From positions 3,392,001 through 3,456,000 of the forward strand of contig CAXXLX010000001.1 in the NCBI GenBank assembly GCA_963665235.2: a stretch of DNA of 64,000 nucleotides, written 5' to 3'. The notes beneath the pieces were generated by a model. It did not search any database and was not told the origin of the DNA. It saw only the letters and a list, made by a program, of their open reading frames with translations. Positions 10,617 to 20,749 of the stretch are shown here, in pieces (the first letter of the stretch is position 1; each line of letters opens with the position of its first letter). This DNA comes from Candidatus Poribacteria bacterium (GTDB lineage: Bacteria; Poribacteria; WGA-4E; WGA-3G). The position numbers were made by a program, and so were the translations under genes.

Positions 10617-11999
10617 ATGGCAACCATTGATATCAAACAACGCATTACACAAGGTGAAAACGTCACAACTGAATTTAAAGAGAATTTCCATCGGGAAGTT
10701 ATCGAGACCGCTGCCGCGTTTGCCAATACCAGCGGGGGCACTATTCTTATCGGTGTCTCCGATAAACGAGAGCTCAGTGGAATTACCATTGGAAAAGAAA
10801 CGTTAAGAGATTGGGCAAATCAGATTCTTCAAGCGACTGGGCCGCGGGTAGTTCTGGAAATTGAACAGGTTGACGTAAAAGGAAAATCAGTTGTCCTAAT
10901 ACATATCACAGAATCTTCTATAAAACCTGTTTCTGCTAGAGGGCGATGCTATAAAAGAGTAGGAAACAGCAACCGGGTTATGTCTCCGCAAGAAATTGCC
11001 CAGATGCACCTCAAGTCGATAGGGCAAACATGGGATAGACTTTTAGTTACGAGTGCAGGGCAGGATGATATAGATACACAAAAGGTAGAATGGTATCTAA
11101 CCCAGCGAGAAGAAATCCGAAATGTAACGAAACCGCAAGATATGAGTCTAACAGAATTGCTGGTAAACATTCATGTTATGAGTGCCGAAAAAACACCGAC
11201 CCATGCGGGTATCCTTTTTTTCGGTAAGCACCCCCAAAGATTTTGCCAAAACGCACAGCTGCGGCTTGTTAGATTCAAAGGGACATCGGTCCTCCATCCT
11301 GTCCTAGCTCGGCTTGATTGTTCCGGTGCGCTTTGGGAAATGGTCACCGCGGCAGAAGAATTTATCAGGAAAAATATTCGCCTTCTCAGTTTTCGGGTCG
11401 AAACGAGTTTCCAGCGAGACGACAAATTTGAATATCCGCTCAGAGCCCTACGCGAGGCAATTATCAATGCTCTGATTCACCGCAGTTATCAAAAACCAGC
11501 CGACGTTCGCGTCTTTATATTTGACCAACGTGTTGAAATTATTAACCCCGGCACCTTTCCGGAAGGGGTCAGTCCAGATGCCCCCGTTCACGACCCCGTA
11601 AATCCGACGCTGAGCCAATTCATGTACGATGTCGGTTTTATCGAACAATATGGGGCGGGTATCAGGATGATGCAAAGGCTCTGTGAAGAATGGGGAAACG
11701 AAAAACCGCGTTATGAGTTTCACCCCCTTGAAACCAAAATCATCTTTGATTCGCCGATTCAAGAGACAACTTTTATAGAAATTGATGGTAATTCATCACA
11801 GTTGAACGAACGTCAAAGGGACGCTCTGTCTTATACACGGAGTAAGGGAAAAATCACAACGAGGGAATACATGGCACTCAATCATGTCTCGCGCGGGACG
11901 GCCTATGCAGAGCTAAAGGATTTAAACAACAAAGGACTACTGACTGCAATAGGAAAGGGAAGAGGAAGCAGATATGTCCGAAAATTGAGCGATTATTGA
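10617..11999 (+). CDS. Schlafen/AlbA_2 domain + HATPase_c_4 + wHTH protein
   Basis: TTEFKE, AAFANTSGGTILIGVSD; LREAIINALIHRSY...INPG; C-terminal LNERQ...ITTREY...GKGRGSRY wHTH. Confidence 0.85.
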   Translation: MATIDIKQRITQGENVTTEFKENFHREVIETAAAFANTSGGTILIGVSDKRELSGITIGKETLRDWANQILQATGPRVVLEIEQVDVKGKSVVLIHITESSIKPVSARGRCYKRVGNSNRVMSPQEIAQMHLKSIGQTWDRLLVTSAGQDDIDTQKVEWYLTQREEIRNVTKPQDMSLTELLVNIHVMSAEKTPTHAGILFFGKHPQRFCQNAQLRLVRFKGTSVLHPVLARLDCSGALWEMVTAAEEFIRKNIRLLSFRVETSFQRDDKFEYPLRALREAIINALIHRSYQKPADVRVFIFDQRVEIINPGTFPEGVSPDAPVHDPVNPTLSQFMYDVGFIEQYGAGIRMMQRLCEEWGNEKPRYEFHPLETKIIFDSPIQETTFIEIDGNSSQLNERQRDALSYTRSKGKITTREYMALNHVSRGTAYAELKDLNNKGLLTAIGKGRGSRYVRKLSDY

Positions 12000-12050
12000 G
12001 CGATATTAAGCGATTAAGTAAAAACGCGCCGGTGCGATCTATAGATCTAT

Positions 12051-13433
12051 ATGACACAACACTACTTAGAACACTTCCATCAAGCACTCCGTGCCATTCT
12101 GGGAACACGTTTCAGCACAGACCGTGCTGTCCGGGACCTGCATGCGCGGGATGCCTCCTATCACCGAGATGCCTTACCGGATGCTGTCGCGTTTCCGAAA
12201 ACGAACACAGAGGTCGCGGACCTCGTCAAAATCTGTGCAAAATATAGGACACCGATAATTCCCTACGGCACTGGCACAGGCGTTGAAGGGGCAGTTGTTG
12301 CAAAAGCGGGCACGCTCTGCGTAGCTCTGAAGGACATGAACAACATCCTCAGCGTTCACCGAGAAGATAGAGATGCCACCGTTCAAGCAGGGGTAACGCG
12401 TTTACAACTGAACCAACACCTGGCTGAATTGGGGACACAACTCCATTTTCCGGTCGACCCGGGCGCAGATGCCTCGTTAGGCGGTATGACAGCGACGCGC
12501 GCCTCCGGCACAAGTGCTGTCCGCTACGGAACTATGCAAGACAACGTTATGGGCTTGACCGTTGTCACCGCTGACGGTACCCTTGTTCGCACCGGCGGCA
12601 GAGCCCGAAAATCCGCTGCGGGTTATGACCTCACCCGCCTCTTTATCGGTTCAGAGGGGACATTGGGAATCATCACCGAAATCACGTTGAAATTAGCACG
12701 GTTGCCGGAAGCAATCGCCGCGGCTGTCTGTGCATTTCCAACTGTAGCCGCTGCAGTGGACACGGTTATAGAACTAATGGATACGGGTATCAATATCGCT
12801 CGAATAGAGCTATTAGATGAACTTCAGATGGAAGCGGTCAATAGATATTCCGAATTAACCTACGAAGTTGCCCCGACGCTCTTCTTTGAATTCCACGGTT
12901 CGGCTAATACGGTAGCGGAGAGTGCAAAAGTTTCGGGGACACTCGCGGCGGGACATGGTGGAAGCGATTTTCGCTGGGCGATAGACGATAACGAACGCAA
13001 ACGGCTCTGGCAAGCCCGATATGATAGCTATTATGCTGTGCTCAACCTGCGCCCCGGTTCGGTAGGGTACGTCACCGATGTGTGTGTACCGATATCCCGG
13101 CTTGCGGAATGTATCGCGAAAACGAAAGCACTGCTTACGCGCACTGGACTCCTTGCACCGCTGCTCGGGCATGTCGGCGATGGAAACTTCCACGTTGTTT
13201 TCCCGCTTGAACCGGACAACACCGAAGAATTGGCAGAAGCAGCGCAGCTGAGTCATCAGATTGTGGATATCGCTTTGGAGATGGGAGGCACTTGCACCGG
13301 TGAACACGGCATCGGCATCGGCAAACGCGCTGCATTGGAGAAGGAGCACGGAGAAGCTGTGAACTTAATGCGTAGTCTCAAACAGGCACTAGACCCGTTA
13401 AATCTGATGAACCCTGGCAAAGTTTTCCTATAG
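12051..13433 (+). CDS. FAD-linked oxidase, D-lactate dehydrogenase/GlcD-like
   Basis: PYGTGTGVEG, PVDPGADASLGGM, GSEGTLG, GHVGDGNFH, GEHGIG. Confidence 0.9.
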   Translation: MTQHYLEHFHQALRAILGTRFSTDRAVRDLHARDASYHRDALPDAVAFPKTNTEVADLVKICAKYRTPIIPYGTGTGVEGAVVAKAGTLCVALKDMNNILSVHREDRDATVQAGVTRLQLNQHLAELGTQLHFPVDPGADASLGGMTATRASGTSAVRYGTMQDNVMGLTVVTADGTLVRTGGRARKSAAGYDLTRLFIGSEGTLGIITEITLKLARLPEAIAAAVCAFPTVAAAVDTVIELMDTGINIARIELLDELQMEAVNRYSELTYEVAPTLFFEFHGSANTVAESAKVSGTLAAGHGGSDFRWAIDDNERKRLWQARYDSYYAVLNLRPGSVGYVTDVCVPISRLAECIAKTKALLTRTGLLAPLLGHVGDGNFHVVFPLEPDNTEELAEAAQLSHQIVDIALEMGGTCTGEHGIGIGKRAALEKEHGEAVNLMRSLKQALDPLNLMNPGKVFL

Positions 13434-13441
13434 GAGCAGCT

Positions 13442-14443
13442 TTGAACAACTACAAAATCCTGATAACCGATTACGCATGGCAGTCAATTGAGCCGGAACG
13501 ACACGTTCTCGCTGAAATTGGGGCGACACTTATCGCCGCTGAGATTGGCGATGAAAAAGAGCTGTGTGCCCTTGCCCCGACGGTCGATGGCATTCTCACT
13601 TGTTGGAAACCTGTCACAGCAAACGTTATCACCGCTGCTGAAAAATGCAAGGTTATCGCCCGGTACGGCATCGGACTGGACAACATCGATGTGGAGCTCG
13701 CTACTGAACACGGCATCGTCGTCACTAACGTCCCAGCTTACTGCATTGACGAGGTCTCCACACACGCGATGGGGCTGCTTCTCGCTTGTACCCGGAAAAT
13801 TGCCCGTTTCGACCGGTCGGTTAAAGCTGATATATGGGACCCGAATATAGGGCCTCAGATATACAGATTGTGTGGAAAAGTGCTTGGTATTGTTGGATTT
13901 GGAAACATCGGACAGGCAATCGTTTCAAAAGCGAAAGCATTTGGACTGACTGTGACGGTCTATTCACCACGCACATCATCCGAAGCAATACAGAAGCAGG
14001 GAGCGGAAAAGGTGTCTTTTCAAGAACTGCTCAAAACGTCAGATTTTATCTCTATCCACGCGCCCTTGACTGCCGAAACGGAACACATGTTCAGTCATAC
14101 CGAATTCCGTGAGATGAAAACAACAGCGTACCTGATTAACACCTCGCGGGGTGGCATCGTAGACACAGCTGCACTCGCCGCAGCACTCCAAAACGGAGAA
14201 ATCGCCGGCGCGGGGCTAGATGTCCTAGAAACCGAGCCGCCCCAATCAAATGATGCTCTGCCTACGTTTGACAATGTAGTCATCACGCCACACGCCGCTT
14301 TTATCTCTGAAGAATCAATTCTCGAATTAGAGGTAACCGCTGCTACATGTGTAGCACAAGTGCTAACCGGACAACTGCCAGAATCGGTTGTCAATCCTTA
14401 TGTTTTGGAACACCCAAACCTACGGATGAAAATGAACTTTTAA
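13442..14443 (+). CDS. D-isomer-specific 2-hydroxyacid dehydrogenase (CtBP-like)
   Basis: RYGIGLDNID, GFGNIG, INTSRG, LDVLETEP, TPHAAF. Confidence 0.9.
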   Translation: MNNYKILITDYAWQSIEPERHVLAEIGATLIAAEIGDEKELCALAPTVDGILTCWKPVTANVITAAEKCKVIARYGIGLDNIDVELATEHGIVVTNVPAYCIDEVSTHAMGLLLACTRKIARFDRSVKADIWDPNIGPQIYRLCGKVLGIVGFGNIGQAIVSKAKAFGLTVTVYSPRTSSEAIQKQGAEKVSFQELLKTSDFISIHAPLTAETEHMFSHTEFREMKTTAYLINTSRGGIVDTAALAAALQNGEIAGAGLDVLETEPPQSNDALPTFDNVVITPHAAFISEESILELEVTAATCVAQVLTGQLPESVVNPYVLEHPNLRMKMNF

Positions 14444-14473
14444 TCACAACACAATACTGATTGGAGGACTCAG

Positions 14474-15667
14474 ATGCAACAGCTCCCAGACGCAACAGGA
14501 CATTTCGGACAATTCGGCGGCAGATACGTCCCGGAGACGCTAATGCCTGCCCTTTTAGAGCTCGAAGACGCATATATCGAGCTCAAAGACAATCCCGATT
14601 TTCAGCAGGAATTTCGGTATTACCTTCGTGAGTACGTCGGGCGGCCAAATCCGCTCTATTACGCTGAACGTCTCACGGACACCCTCGGCGGTGCGAAAAT
14701 ATATCTCAAACGTGAAGACCTGAATCATACAGGGGCACACAAAATTAACAGTGCAATCGGCCAAATTCTGCTCGCCCGGTGGATGGGTAAAAAACGGATT
14801 ATTGCCGAAACCGGTGCGGGCCAACACGGGGTTGCTACTGCCACTGTCGCTGCCAAATTTGATATGGAATGTGAAGTCTACATGGGGGAAGAGGATATAG
14901 AGCGGCAAGCCCTCAATGTTTTCCGCATGCAGCTGATGGGCACAAAGGTGGTGCCAGTCAACTCCGGTTCGCGCACGCTTAAAGATGCAATCAACGCCTG
15001 CTTCCGGGATTGGGTTACGAACGTCCGTACGACATATCTGCTCCTCGGCTCAGTCGTCGGGGCGCACCCGTACCCGATGATAGTCAGGGACTTTCAAGCT
15101 GTCATCGGCGAAGAAGCAAGGGCACAGATTTTAGAGAAGGAGGGGGTATTGCCAGACTGCGTCGTCGCTTGTGTCGGTGGCGGAAGCAATTCGCTCGGCA
15201 TGTTTTATCCGTTTTATGCTGACGAATCTGTTCGGTTTATCGGTGTTGAAGCAGCAGGCGAAAGCATCCGGAGCGGTCGGCACGCCGCCCCACTTACTGC
15301 CGGCACCGTCGGTGTCTTCCACGGAGCAAAGTGTTACCTACTGCAAGAAGCGGATGGACAAATTACCCCCGCACATTCAATCTCCGCCGGATTGGATTAT
15401 CCGGGTGTCGGCCCAGAACACAGCTATTACCGTGAGACCGGGAGAGCGGAATATGTCCCGATTACAGATGCGGAGGCGGTGGAAGGGTTTCAGCTGCTAT
15501 CAGAGGCAGAGGGTATCATTCCTGCATTAGAATCCGCGCATGCTATCGCTTATCTGCGGGAACTTGCCCCCAAACTCGGTGAAGGGAAAGTTATCGTGGT
15601 CTGTCTCTCCGGGCGCGGTGATAAAGATGTCTACACCATCGCAAAGGAATTGGGGATTCGTTTGTAA
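14474..15667 (+). CDS. trpB: tryptophan synthase beta chain
   Basis: [43 protein letters not shown]. Confidence 0.97.
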   Translation: MQQLPDATGHFGQFGGRYVPETLMPALLELEDAYIELKDNPDFQQEFRYYLREYVGRPNPLYYAERLTDTLGGAKIYLKREDLNHTGAHKINSAIGQILLARWMGKKRIIAETGAGQHGVATATVAAKFDMECEVYMGEEDIERQALNVFRMQLMGTKVVPVNSGSRTLKDAINACFRDWVTNVRTTYLLLGSVVGAHPYPMIVRDFQAVIGEEARAQILEKEGVLPDCVVACVGGGSNSLGMFYPFYADESVRFIGVEAAGESIRSGRHAAPLTAGTVGVFHGAKCYLLQEADGQITPAHSISAGLDYPGVGPEHSYYRETGRAEYVPITDAEAVEGFQLLSEAEGIIPALESAHAIAYLRELAPKLGEGKVIVVCLSGRGDKDVYTIAKELGIRL

Positions 15668-15682
15668 ACTTGGGGAAGAAAG

Positions 15683-17305
15683 ATGAGACGTTTTGGAACA
15701 CAAGGGCCAGTGCGTCCAGAAAAGCACTACATCGTTAGCCGTTCTGCGGCACTCGGTGATTTTATTGAACGCATCAAAGAGGGACGCTATATCGTTATCT
15801 TTGCGCCGCGCCAAACTGGTAAAACGACCTTCTTTCAACGCGCCCTTGACACGCTCAAAAATGATGAACCGACCTACTTCCCAATTTCGTTGAATTTTGA
15901 GGAATATGGGGAATGTAGACCGGAGCTCTTTTACAACGCTCTCTACCAAGACATATCTGAAGAGATTGAAAACGTTTTTGAAAGACGCGGACATCCTATC
16001 CCTGAATCGATACGTCTATTTTTGGAGAATACCCAAATAACTGACCATCTCTCAATGCGAAGATTCTTCAGAGCACTCCAAGGTTTTTTAAACGCTGAAT
16101 CTGCTGGGCAGCGAGTTATTGTAGTCATAGATGAATTTGATGGCATCCCGAAAAAAGCAGTGACAGGATTTCTTCATTCACTTCGCCGAATCTATGTCTC
16201 AAATTCCACGATTAAATGCCCACATAGTGTTAGCATCGTCGGTGTCAAGAGCATCACCCAACTCGACTATGACCGGTCTATCTCTCCCTTCAATGTCCAA
16301 GATGAATTTTACCTGCCAAACTTCACACTTGAACAGGTCCGTGAACTTCTTGAACAGTATACAGCAGAAGTCGGACAACCTTTTTCAATAGAGGCCATTG
16401 AAGCAATTTATAAACAGACCGCCGGCCAGCCGTTCCTTGTCAACCGATTGGCGCAAATACTCACTGAAACGTTAGAAATACCAAAAACGGAAGCCGTTAC
16501 AATGGTGCATTTCTCACAGGCACATTCACAGCTCCTTCACGAGCGAAATACGAACCTCCAGCATTTGACAACCAATATCCGTAGAGATCCGCGGTTTGAA
16601 AGAATCTTGATGGAAATCACAGCATCCGATGAAGGGCTGCCCTTTAACCTGCGCGACGACCTGCTCAGTGAACTGGCAACTTATGGCGTAATTTCAGCAG
16701 ACGCAGATAACTCATGTGAAATCGCAAACCCGATTTATCTGTATTGTATCCTACAAGCATTCAAACCTACCGTGAATGGATTAGAGCGACAATATCTCCC
16801 CGAAAACACCCGGGACGGTTTTCTGGATTACCTCTCACCTACTGGAGAGATTGACCTAGAGGCATCGCTGGATAACTTCCGGGATTTCATTGAACGGGCA
16901 GGATTTAGGATTCTGCAAGTACCGGATACACCCCAAGAATTTGTTGGATGTTATCTACTCCTTGCGTATCTTGAACAGTTCGTAAGATTAGTCGGGGGGT
17001 TTATGCACATTGAGGTGCAAACTGGACGCGGTAGGATAGACCTGCTAATCACACACAAGCAGCAAAAATATGTAATCGAAACAAAGATTTGGCGAGGCGA
17101 GGAGAACTATCAGAAAGGGAAACGACAACTTGCCGCATATCTCAAACTAGAAGGAGCAGTTGAGGGATATTATATCGTCTTCGACCATAGAGTAAATCCG
17201 GAACCGCGTGCTGAAACGGAGAAGCTTGAAGGTTTTAAGATTCGGAGTTATGTCATTGCTGTGAGGCAGCAACGCCCTTCAGCAAAGCAGCTGAATACTG
17301 CCTAA
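15683..17305 (+). CDS. AAA-like ATPase fused to C-terminal PD-(D/E)XK nuclease
   Basis: Walker A APRQTGKT, Walker B VVIDEFD; C-terminal E...GRIDL...IETK nuclease motif. Confidence 0.8.
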   Translation: MRRFGTQGPVRPEKHYIVSRSAALGDFIERIKEGRYIVIFAPRQTGKTTFFQRALDTLKNDEPTYFPISLNFEEYGECRPELFYNALYQDISEEIENVFERRGHPIPESIRLFLENTQITDHLSMRRFFRALQGFLNAESAGQRVIVVIDEFDGIPKKAVTGFLHSLRRIYVSNSTIKCPHSVSIVGVKSITQLDYDRSISPFNVQDEFYLPNFTLEQVRELLEQYTAEVGQPFSIEAIEAIYKQTAGQPFLVNRLAQILTETLEIPKTEAVTMVHFSQAHSQLLHERNTNLQHLTTNIRRDPRFERILMEITASDEGLPFNLRDDLLSELATYGVISADADNSCEIANPIYLYCILQAFKPTVNGLERQYLPENTRDGFLDYLSPTGEIDLEASLDNFRDFIERAGFRILQVPDTPQEFVGCYLLLAYLEQFVRLVGGFMHIEVQTGRGRIDLLITHKQQKYVIETKIWRGEENYQKGKRQLAAYLKLEGAVEGYYIVFDHRVNPEPRAETEKLEGFKIRSYVIAVRQQRPSAKQLNTA

Positions 17306-17330
17306 CTCGCCCCCTTTTAACAAAAACAGG

Positions 17331-17359
17331 TTGCTATAGAGAAAAATATATGTTATAAT
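17331..17359 (+). promoter_or_regulatory. sigma70-type promoter
   Basis: TTGCTA-17bp-TATAAT with TG extension, upstream of ORF 17394. Confidence 0.6.
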
Positions 17360-17393
17360 CTCTCCAATTCACTATAAAAACAGAGGTGTCACT

Positions 17394-18008
17394 ATGGCAC
17401 ACGAAACTTCAAACGTTGCGCCGGACAATTCTTCTCAACAAAAGATTCGCAGGTTAATACGTTGGCTTTCACATGCAGATGGCCCCCTTCGGAATTGGCG
17501 GTATTTCCCGACGCGGGTACTATTGCGAAAATTGCGGGCGGAATCCGCCGAAATGCGTGCCTATGCCGCCGAAGCGTTAGGCTCAGTCGGTGACGTTCAC
17601 GCCGTTGCACCCCTCATAGAAGCACTGACAGATGAAAACACAACTGTCCGCCGTTTCGCCATTTCCTCCCTTGGGCATCTTCGCGACCTACGTGCCGTTG
17701 ACAGTCTCATTCCATTTTTACAAGACGATGAACCAGACATGCGATGTGCCGCCGTAGTCGCCCTCGGTGAATTAGGGCTCAGTGAAGAACGGAGTGTAAA
17801 CCCCCCTGTGCAAGTGTTGGAAGCCTTGATAAACAGCACCACCGATAGCGATAGAGGGGTCTGCTCCGCAGCAGTCGTCGCCTTAGGGAGAATAGGTAAC
17901 CCGCAAGCGATTACTGCCCTCAACGCATTGGCAGAAACCACCGAAAGCGAATGGATTCGCCGATATATCAGTGAAGCACTGCATCAAATTGAGGAACAGA
18001 ACGCATAG
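17394..18008 (+). CDS. HEAT/PBS-lyase repeat protein
   Basis: repeated (V)R..AA.ALG motifs. Confidence 0.85.
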   Translation: MAHETSNVAPDNSSQQKIRRLIRWLSHADGPLRNWRYFPTRVLLRKLRAESAEMRAYAAEALGSVGDVHAVAPLIEALTDENTTVRRFAISSLGHLRDLRAVDSLIPFLQDDEPDMRCAAVVALGELGLSEERSVNPPVQVLEALINSTTDSDRGVCSAAVVALGRIGNPQAITALNALAETTESEWIRRYISEALHQIEEQNA

Positions 18009-18046
18009 ATGTACCCCCAATTCACAACCTTCAGAGATTTAGACAA

Positions 18047-18505
18047 ATGCTTATCCGTTTCAAAAAAGGCAAACAACAATCCAAACACAGACCCGATACA
18101 CTTACGTGTATTCGCGACGATGGCAGCGTCACCTGGACACATATCCATCGCGGATTCGCACAGCATGACTTTGCACACTACGTCGTCGAAACCACGCTCG
18201 GTTTCCGGAACGGTTTCTTTGGACTCGTGGCGAAAGGTTTCGATATACCCGATTTTAGCCGCCCTACATCGAAACGGCCCTTCAAAATTCCCAAAGAGGC
18301 GATGGCGGTAGAGCCGATTGTTGCACTGTTACAGGCTGAACTGTGGGAAAGTTTTCCTGAACCGTTGCTGCATCCGGATAGCCAAGAGATTCCTGCCAAC
18401 GTCACCGCTGAACAGATAGAGTCAATGCGGCAGCAGCTGCGCAAATTGTTACAGCATTGGGAGAATTTAATGCCGGGGGGTACGATGATGTTAGAGTTTG
18501 AATAG
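18047..18505 (+). CDS. hypothetical protein with HDxxH motif
   Basis: 152-aa ORF with QHDFAHYVVE...GFFGLV. Confidence 0.65.
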   Translation: MLIRFKKGKQQSKHRPDTLTCIRDDGSVTWTHIHRGFAQHDFAHYVVETTLGFRNGFFGLVAKGFDIPDFSRPTSKRPFKIPKEAMAVEPIVALLQAELWESFPEPLLHPDSQEIPANVTAEQIESMRQQLRKLLQHWENLMPGGTMMLEFE

Positions 18506-18524
18506 AAGGGTGTCCGCTTTGTCT

Positions 18525-19106
18525 TCAGCCAGCGAGGTTTTCATGGACGCGTCTATAGATATCTTGCAGGCGGAGTTCGCACCCGATGGAAACAAGCGAC
18601 AGCACATCGTCAAGCGAGCGAAGTTCGGTCGGAACCCAGGCGGACTCGATAAGACGATAATGTTCAATGTAAACCCTATCCTGTGCAACAAGCAGGTATT
18701 CGCGCAGGGAGGCTAGTTCCTGATAACGCCCAAACTTTTCACCCCTATCATATATTTCAGTGGAGGGTGAAAGCACCTCTACAACAAGTGTAGGGTTGAG
18801 AAGTGTATCAAAGACATTGTCCTCCAATTGGGGTTCGCCACAAAAAACGACAACATCCGGGTAAAAATAGGCACCTTTTGCCCCTGTCTTTACACGCATA
18901 TTGTTACCGATGACTTGACACGCCTGCCCTCTCAGTTGGATATTAAGTTCAGTTAATATATTCCCTGTGATAAGATTGTGCACGCGACTTGCACCGGACA
19001 TTGCGATTATGCGGCCGTCTAAGTATTCGCTTTTGAAAATCGCTTTGCGCTCCAACGTGAGATATTCCTCCGGGGTAAGGAGCGTTTTCACTGCTAGAGA
19101 TGACAT
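18525..19106 (-). CDS. Uma2 family endonuclease (DUF820)
   Basis: EYLDGRIIAM, YPDVVV, VVEVLSPST, DRGEK, EYLLV; GGAGG SD. Confidence 0.92.
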   Translation of the reverse strand: MSSLAVKTLLTPEEYLTLERKAIFKSEYLDGRIIAMSGASRVHNLITGNILTELNIQLRGQACQVIGNNMRVKTGAKGAYFYPDVVVFCGEPQLEDNVFDTLLNPTLVVEVLSPSTEIYDRGEKFGRYQELASLREYLLVAQDRVYIEHYRLIESAWVPTELRSLDDVLSLVSIGCELRLQDIYRRVHENLAG

Positions 19107-19166
19107 GTGTGCCTCCGTAAAGCTGATACGTTGTCCATGTTCTATCTAAAATTATAGCATATCGTA

Positions 19167-19603
19167 ACGCAAGTTGCCACATAGTAGCACAAACTTCCTA
19201 GTTTGTGGCATAGTAGCACAAACTTCCTAGTTTGTGGCATAGTAGCACAAACTTCCTAGTTTGTGGCATAAAGGGAACCAAACTTCCTAGTTTGTGGCAT
19301 AGTAGCACAAACTTCCTAGTTTGTGGCATAGTAGCACAAACTTCCTAGTTTGTGGCATAGTAGCACAAACTTCCTAGTTTGTGGCATAGTAGCACAAACT
19401 TCCTAGTTTGTGGCATAAAGGGAACCAAACTTCCTAGTTTGTGGCATAGTAGCACAAACTTCCTAGTTTGTGGCATAGTAGCACAAACTTCCTAGTTTGT
19501 GGCATAAAGGGAACCAAACTAAAAGTTCACAGGACAATTATCAGCAGTTTTTGACTAAAAGCGGCGTTCCCAAGTCTAAAAATTTATAGGTGGCAACTTA
19601 GGT
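19167..19603. mobile_element. MITE (IS982-like ends) carrying a REP array
   Basis: TIR ACGCAAGTTGCCAC (19167) / GTGGCAACTTAGGT (ends 19603), 12/14 match; flanking 7-bp repeat TATCGTA / TATTGTA. Confidence 0.75.
19181..19520. repeat. tandem array of GTAG-REP-like hairpins (29/31-bp units)
   Basis: 9 x ATAGTAGCACAAACTTCCTAGTTTGTGGC, 2 x 31-bp variant ATAAAGGGAACCAAACTTCCTAGTTTGTGGC, 1 partial; stem CACAAAC/GTTTGTG. Confidence 0.92.
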
Positions 19604-19630
19604 TATTGTAGCAAAAATAGGATTAAAAAA

Positions 19631-20026
19631 ATGACAAAAGATATGATACTTGAGGGAATTTACCCCTTTTTCATTGTTGAAAACCTAGCCGCATCAATTG
19701 CGTTCTACAATCAAAAACTCGGTTTTGAGACAGATTTACTCGTCCCAGAAGAAGACCCGTTTTTTGGGATAGTGTCTCGTGATAACGTGCGGATTCTTCT
19801 AAAGGAGATTACGCCCGATATCCTGCCGAGCCCAAATCATACCCGGCATGAATGGGCGAGATGGGACGCGTTCATTCTGGTTTCCGAGCCTGACGCGCTT
19901 TTTGATGAGTTTCAGTCCCGCGGACTGACATTTCACGAACCGCTTGCGGATACAGATGACGGGCTACGCGCTTTTGAATTGAAGGATTGTGATGGATATG
20001 TTCTGTGTTTTGGGAAACCACTATGA
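19631..20026 (+). CDS. VOC (glyoxalase/bleomycin resistance) family protein
   Basis: ENLAASIAFY...LGF, GLRAFELKDCDGYVLCFG. Confidence 0.88.
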   Translation: MTKDMILEGIYPFFIVENLAASIAFYNQKLGFETDLLVPEEDPFFGIVSRDNVRILLKEITPDILPSPNHTRHEWARWDAFILVSEPDALFDEFQSRGLTFHEPLADTDDGLRAFELKDCDGYVLCFGKPL

Positions 20027-20417
20027 TATGAGGGGGGCGGATTTTGTCAACCACAGCACAGCCCCAGCGGGGCGATATATTTATAGAAGGACACAACCCC
20101 CCCCACAAACTAGCCCCAGCGGGGCGATATGTTTATAGCACGTTGGAAACCTATGGCAAGAGGAAGAGGGTTCTGACGCGCTGCGGATACAGATGACGGG
20201 CTACGCGCTTTTGAATTGAAGGATTGTGATGGATATGTTCTGTGTTTTGGGAAACCACTATGATATGAGGGGGGCGGATTTTGTCAACCGCAGCACAGCC
20301 CCAGCGGGGCGATATATTTATAGAAGGACACACCCCCCCACAAACTAGCCCCAGCGGGGCGATATGTTTATAGCACGTTGGAAACCTATGGCAAGAGGAA
20401 GAGGGTTCTGACGCGCT
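19946..20417 (+). repeat. tandem duplication (~237 bp) of the VOC 3' end and downstream repeats
   Basis: 19946-20182 recurs at 20183-20417 with one substitution and a small indel in a C-run. Confidence 0.9.
20060..20373. repeat. REP-like hairpins AGCCCCAGCGGGGCGATAT(A/G)TTTATAG (4 copies)
   Basis: copies near 20060, 20111, 20297, 20346; stem GCCCC/GGGGC; same architecture as TAGTCCCGTAGGGACGATATCTTTATAG at 35.3-35.6 kb. Confidence 0.8.
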
Positions 20418-20432
20418 TCAGATATGTTCTTA

Positions 20433-20749
20433 TACCATTTTTATTAATTATTCTATCATTACCGGTTGTTTAGAAATGAAACGGAGAACGGAAGACCCAA
20501 ACGGAAGAACCCAAACTGGAAGTTTATGCTACAAGAATCGCACAAACTGGAAGTTTATGCTACAAGAATCGCACAAACTGGAAGTTTATGCTACAAGAAC
20601 CGCACAAACTAAAAGTTTATGCTACAAGAACCGCACAAACTAAAAGTTTATGCTACAAGAATCGCACAAACTGGAAGTTTATGCTACAAGAACCGCACAA
20701 ACTGGAAGTTTATGCTACAAGAAAGAGACATTTTCAATTAGAAATGGTA
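20433..20749. mobile_element. MITE with TACCATTT ends and TTA target duplication, carrying a REP array
   Basis: TACCATTTTTA ... TAGAAATGGTA; TTA at 20430-20432 and 20750-20752; empty site TTCTTAGAATC seen in a sister element. Confidence 0.8.
20512..20723. repeat. tandem array of 7 GTAG-REP-like units (31 bp)
   Basis: CAAACT(GG/AA)AAGTTTATGCTACAAGAA(T/C)CGCA, the reverse complement of the GTAGCATAAACTTCCAGTTTGTG family. Confidence 0.92.
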
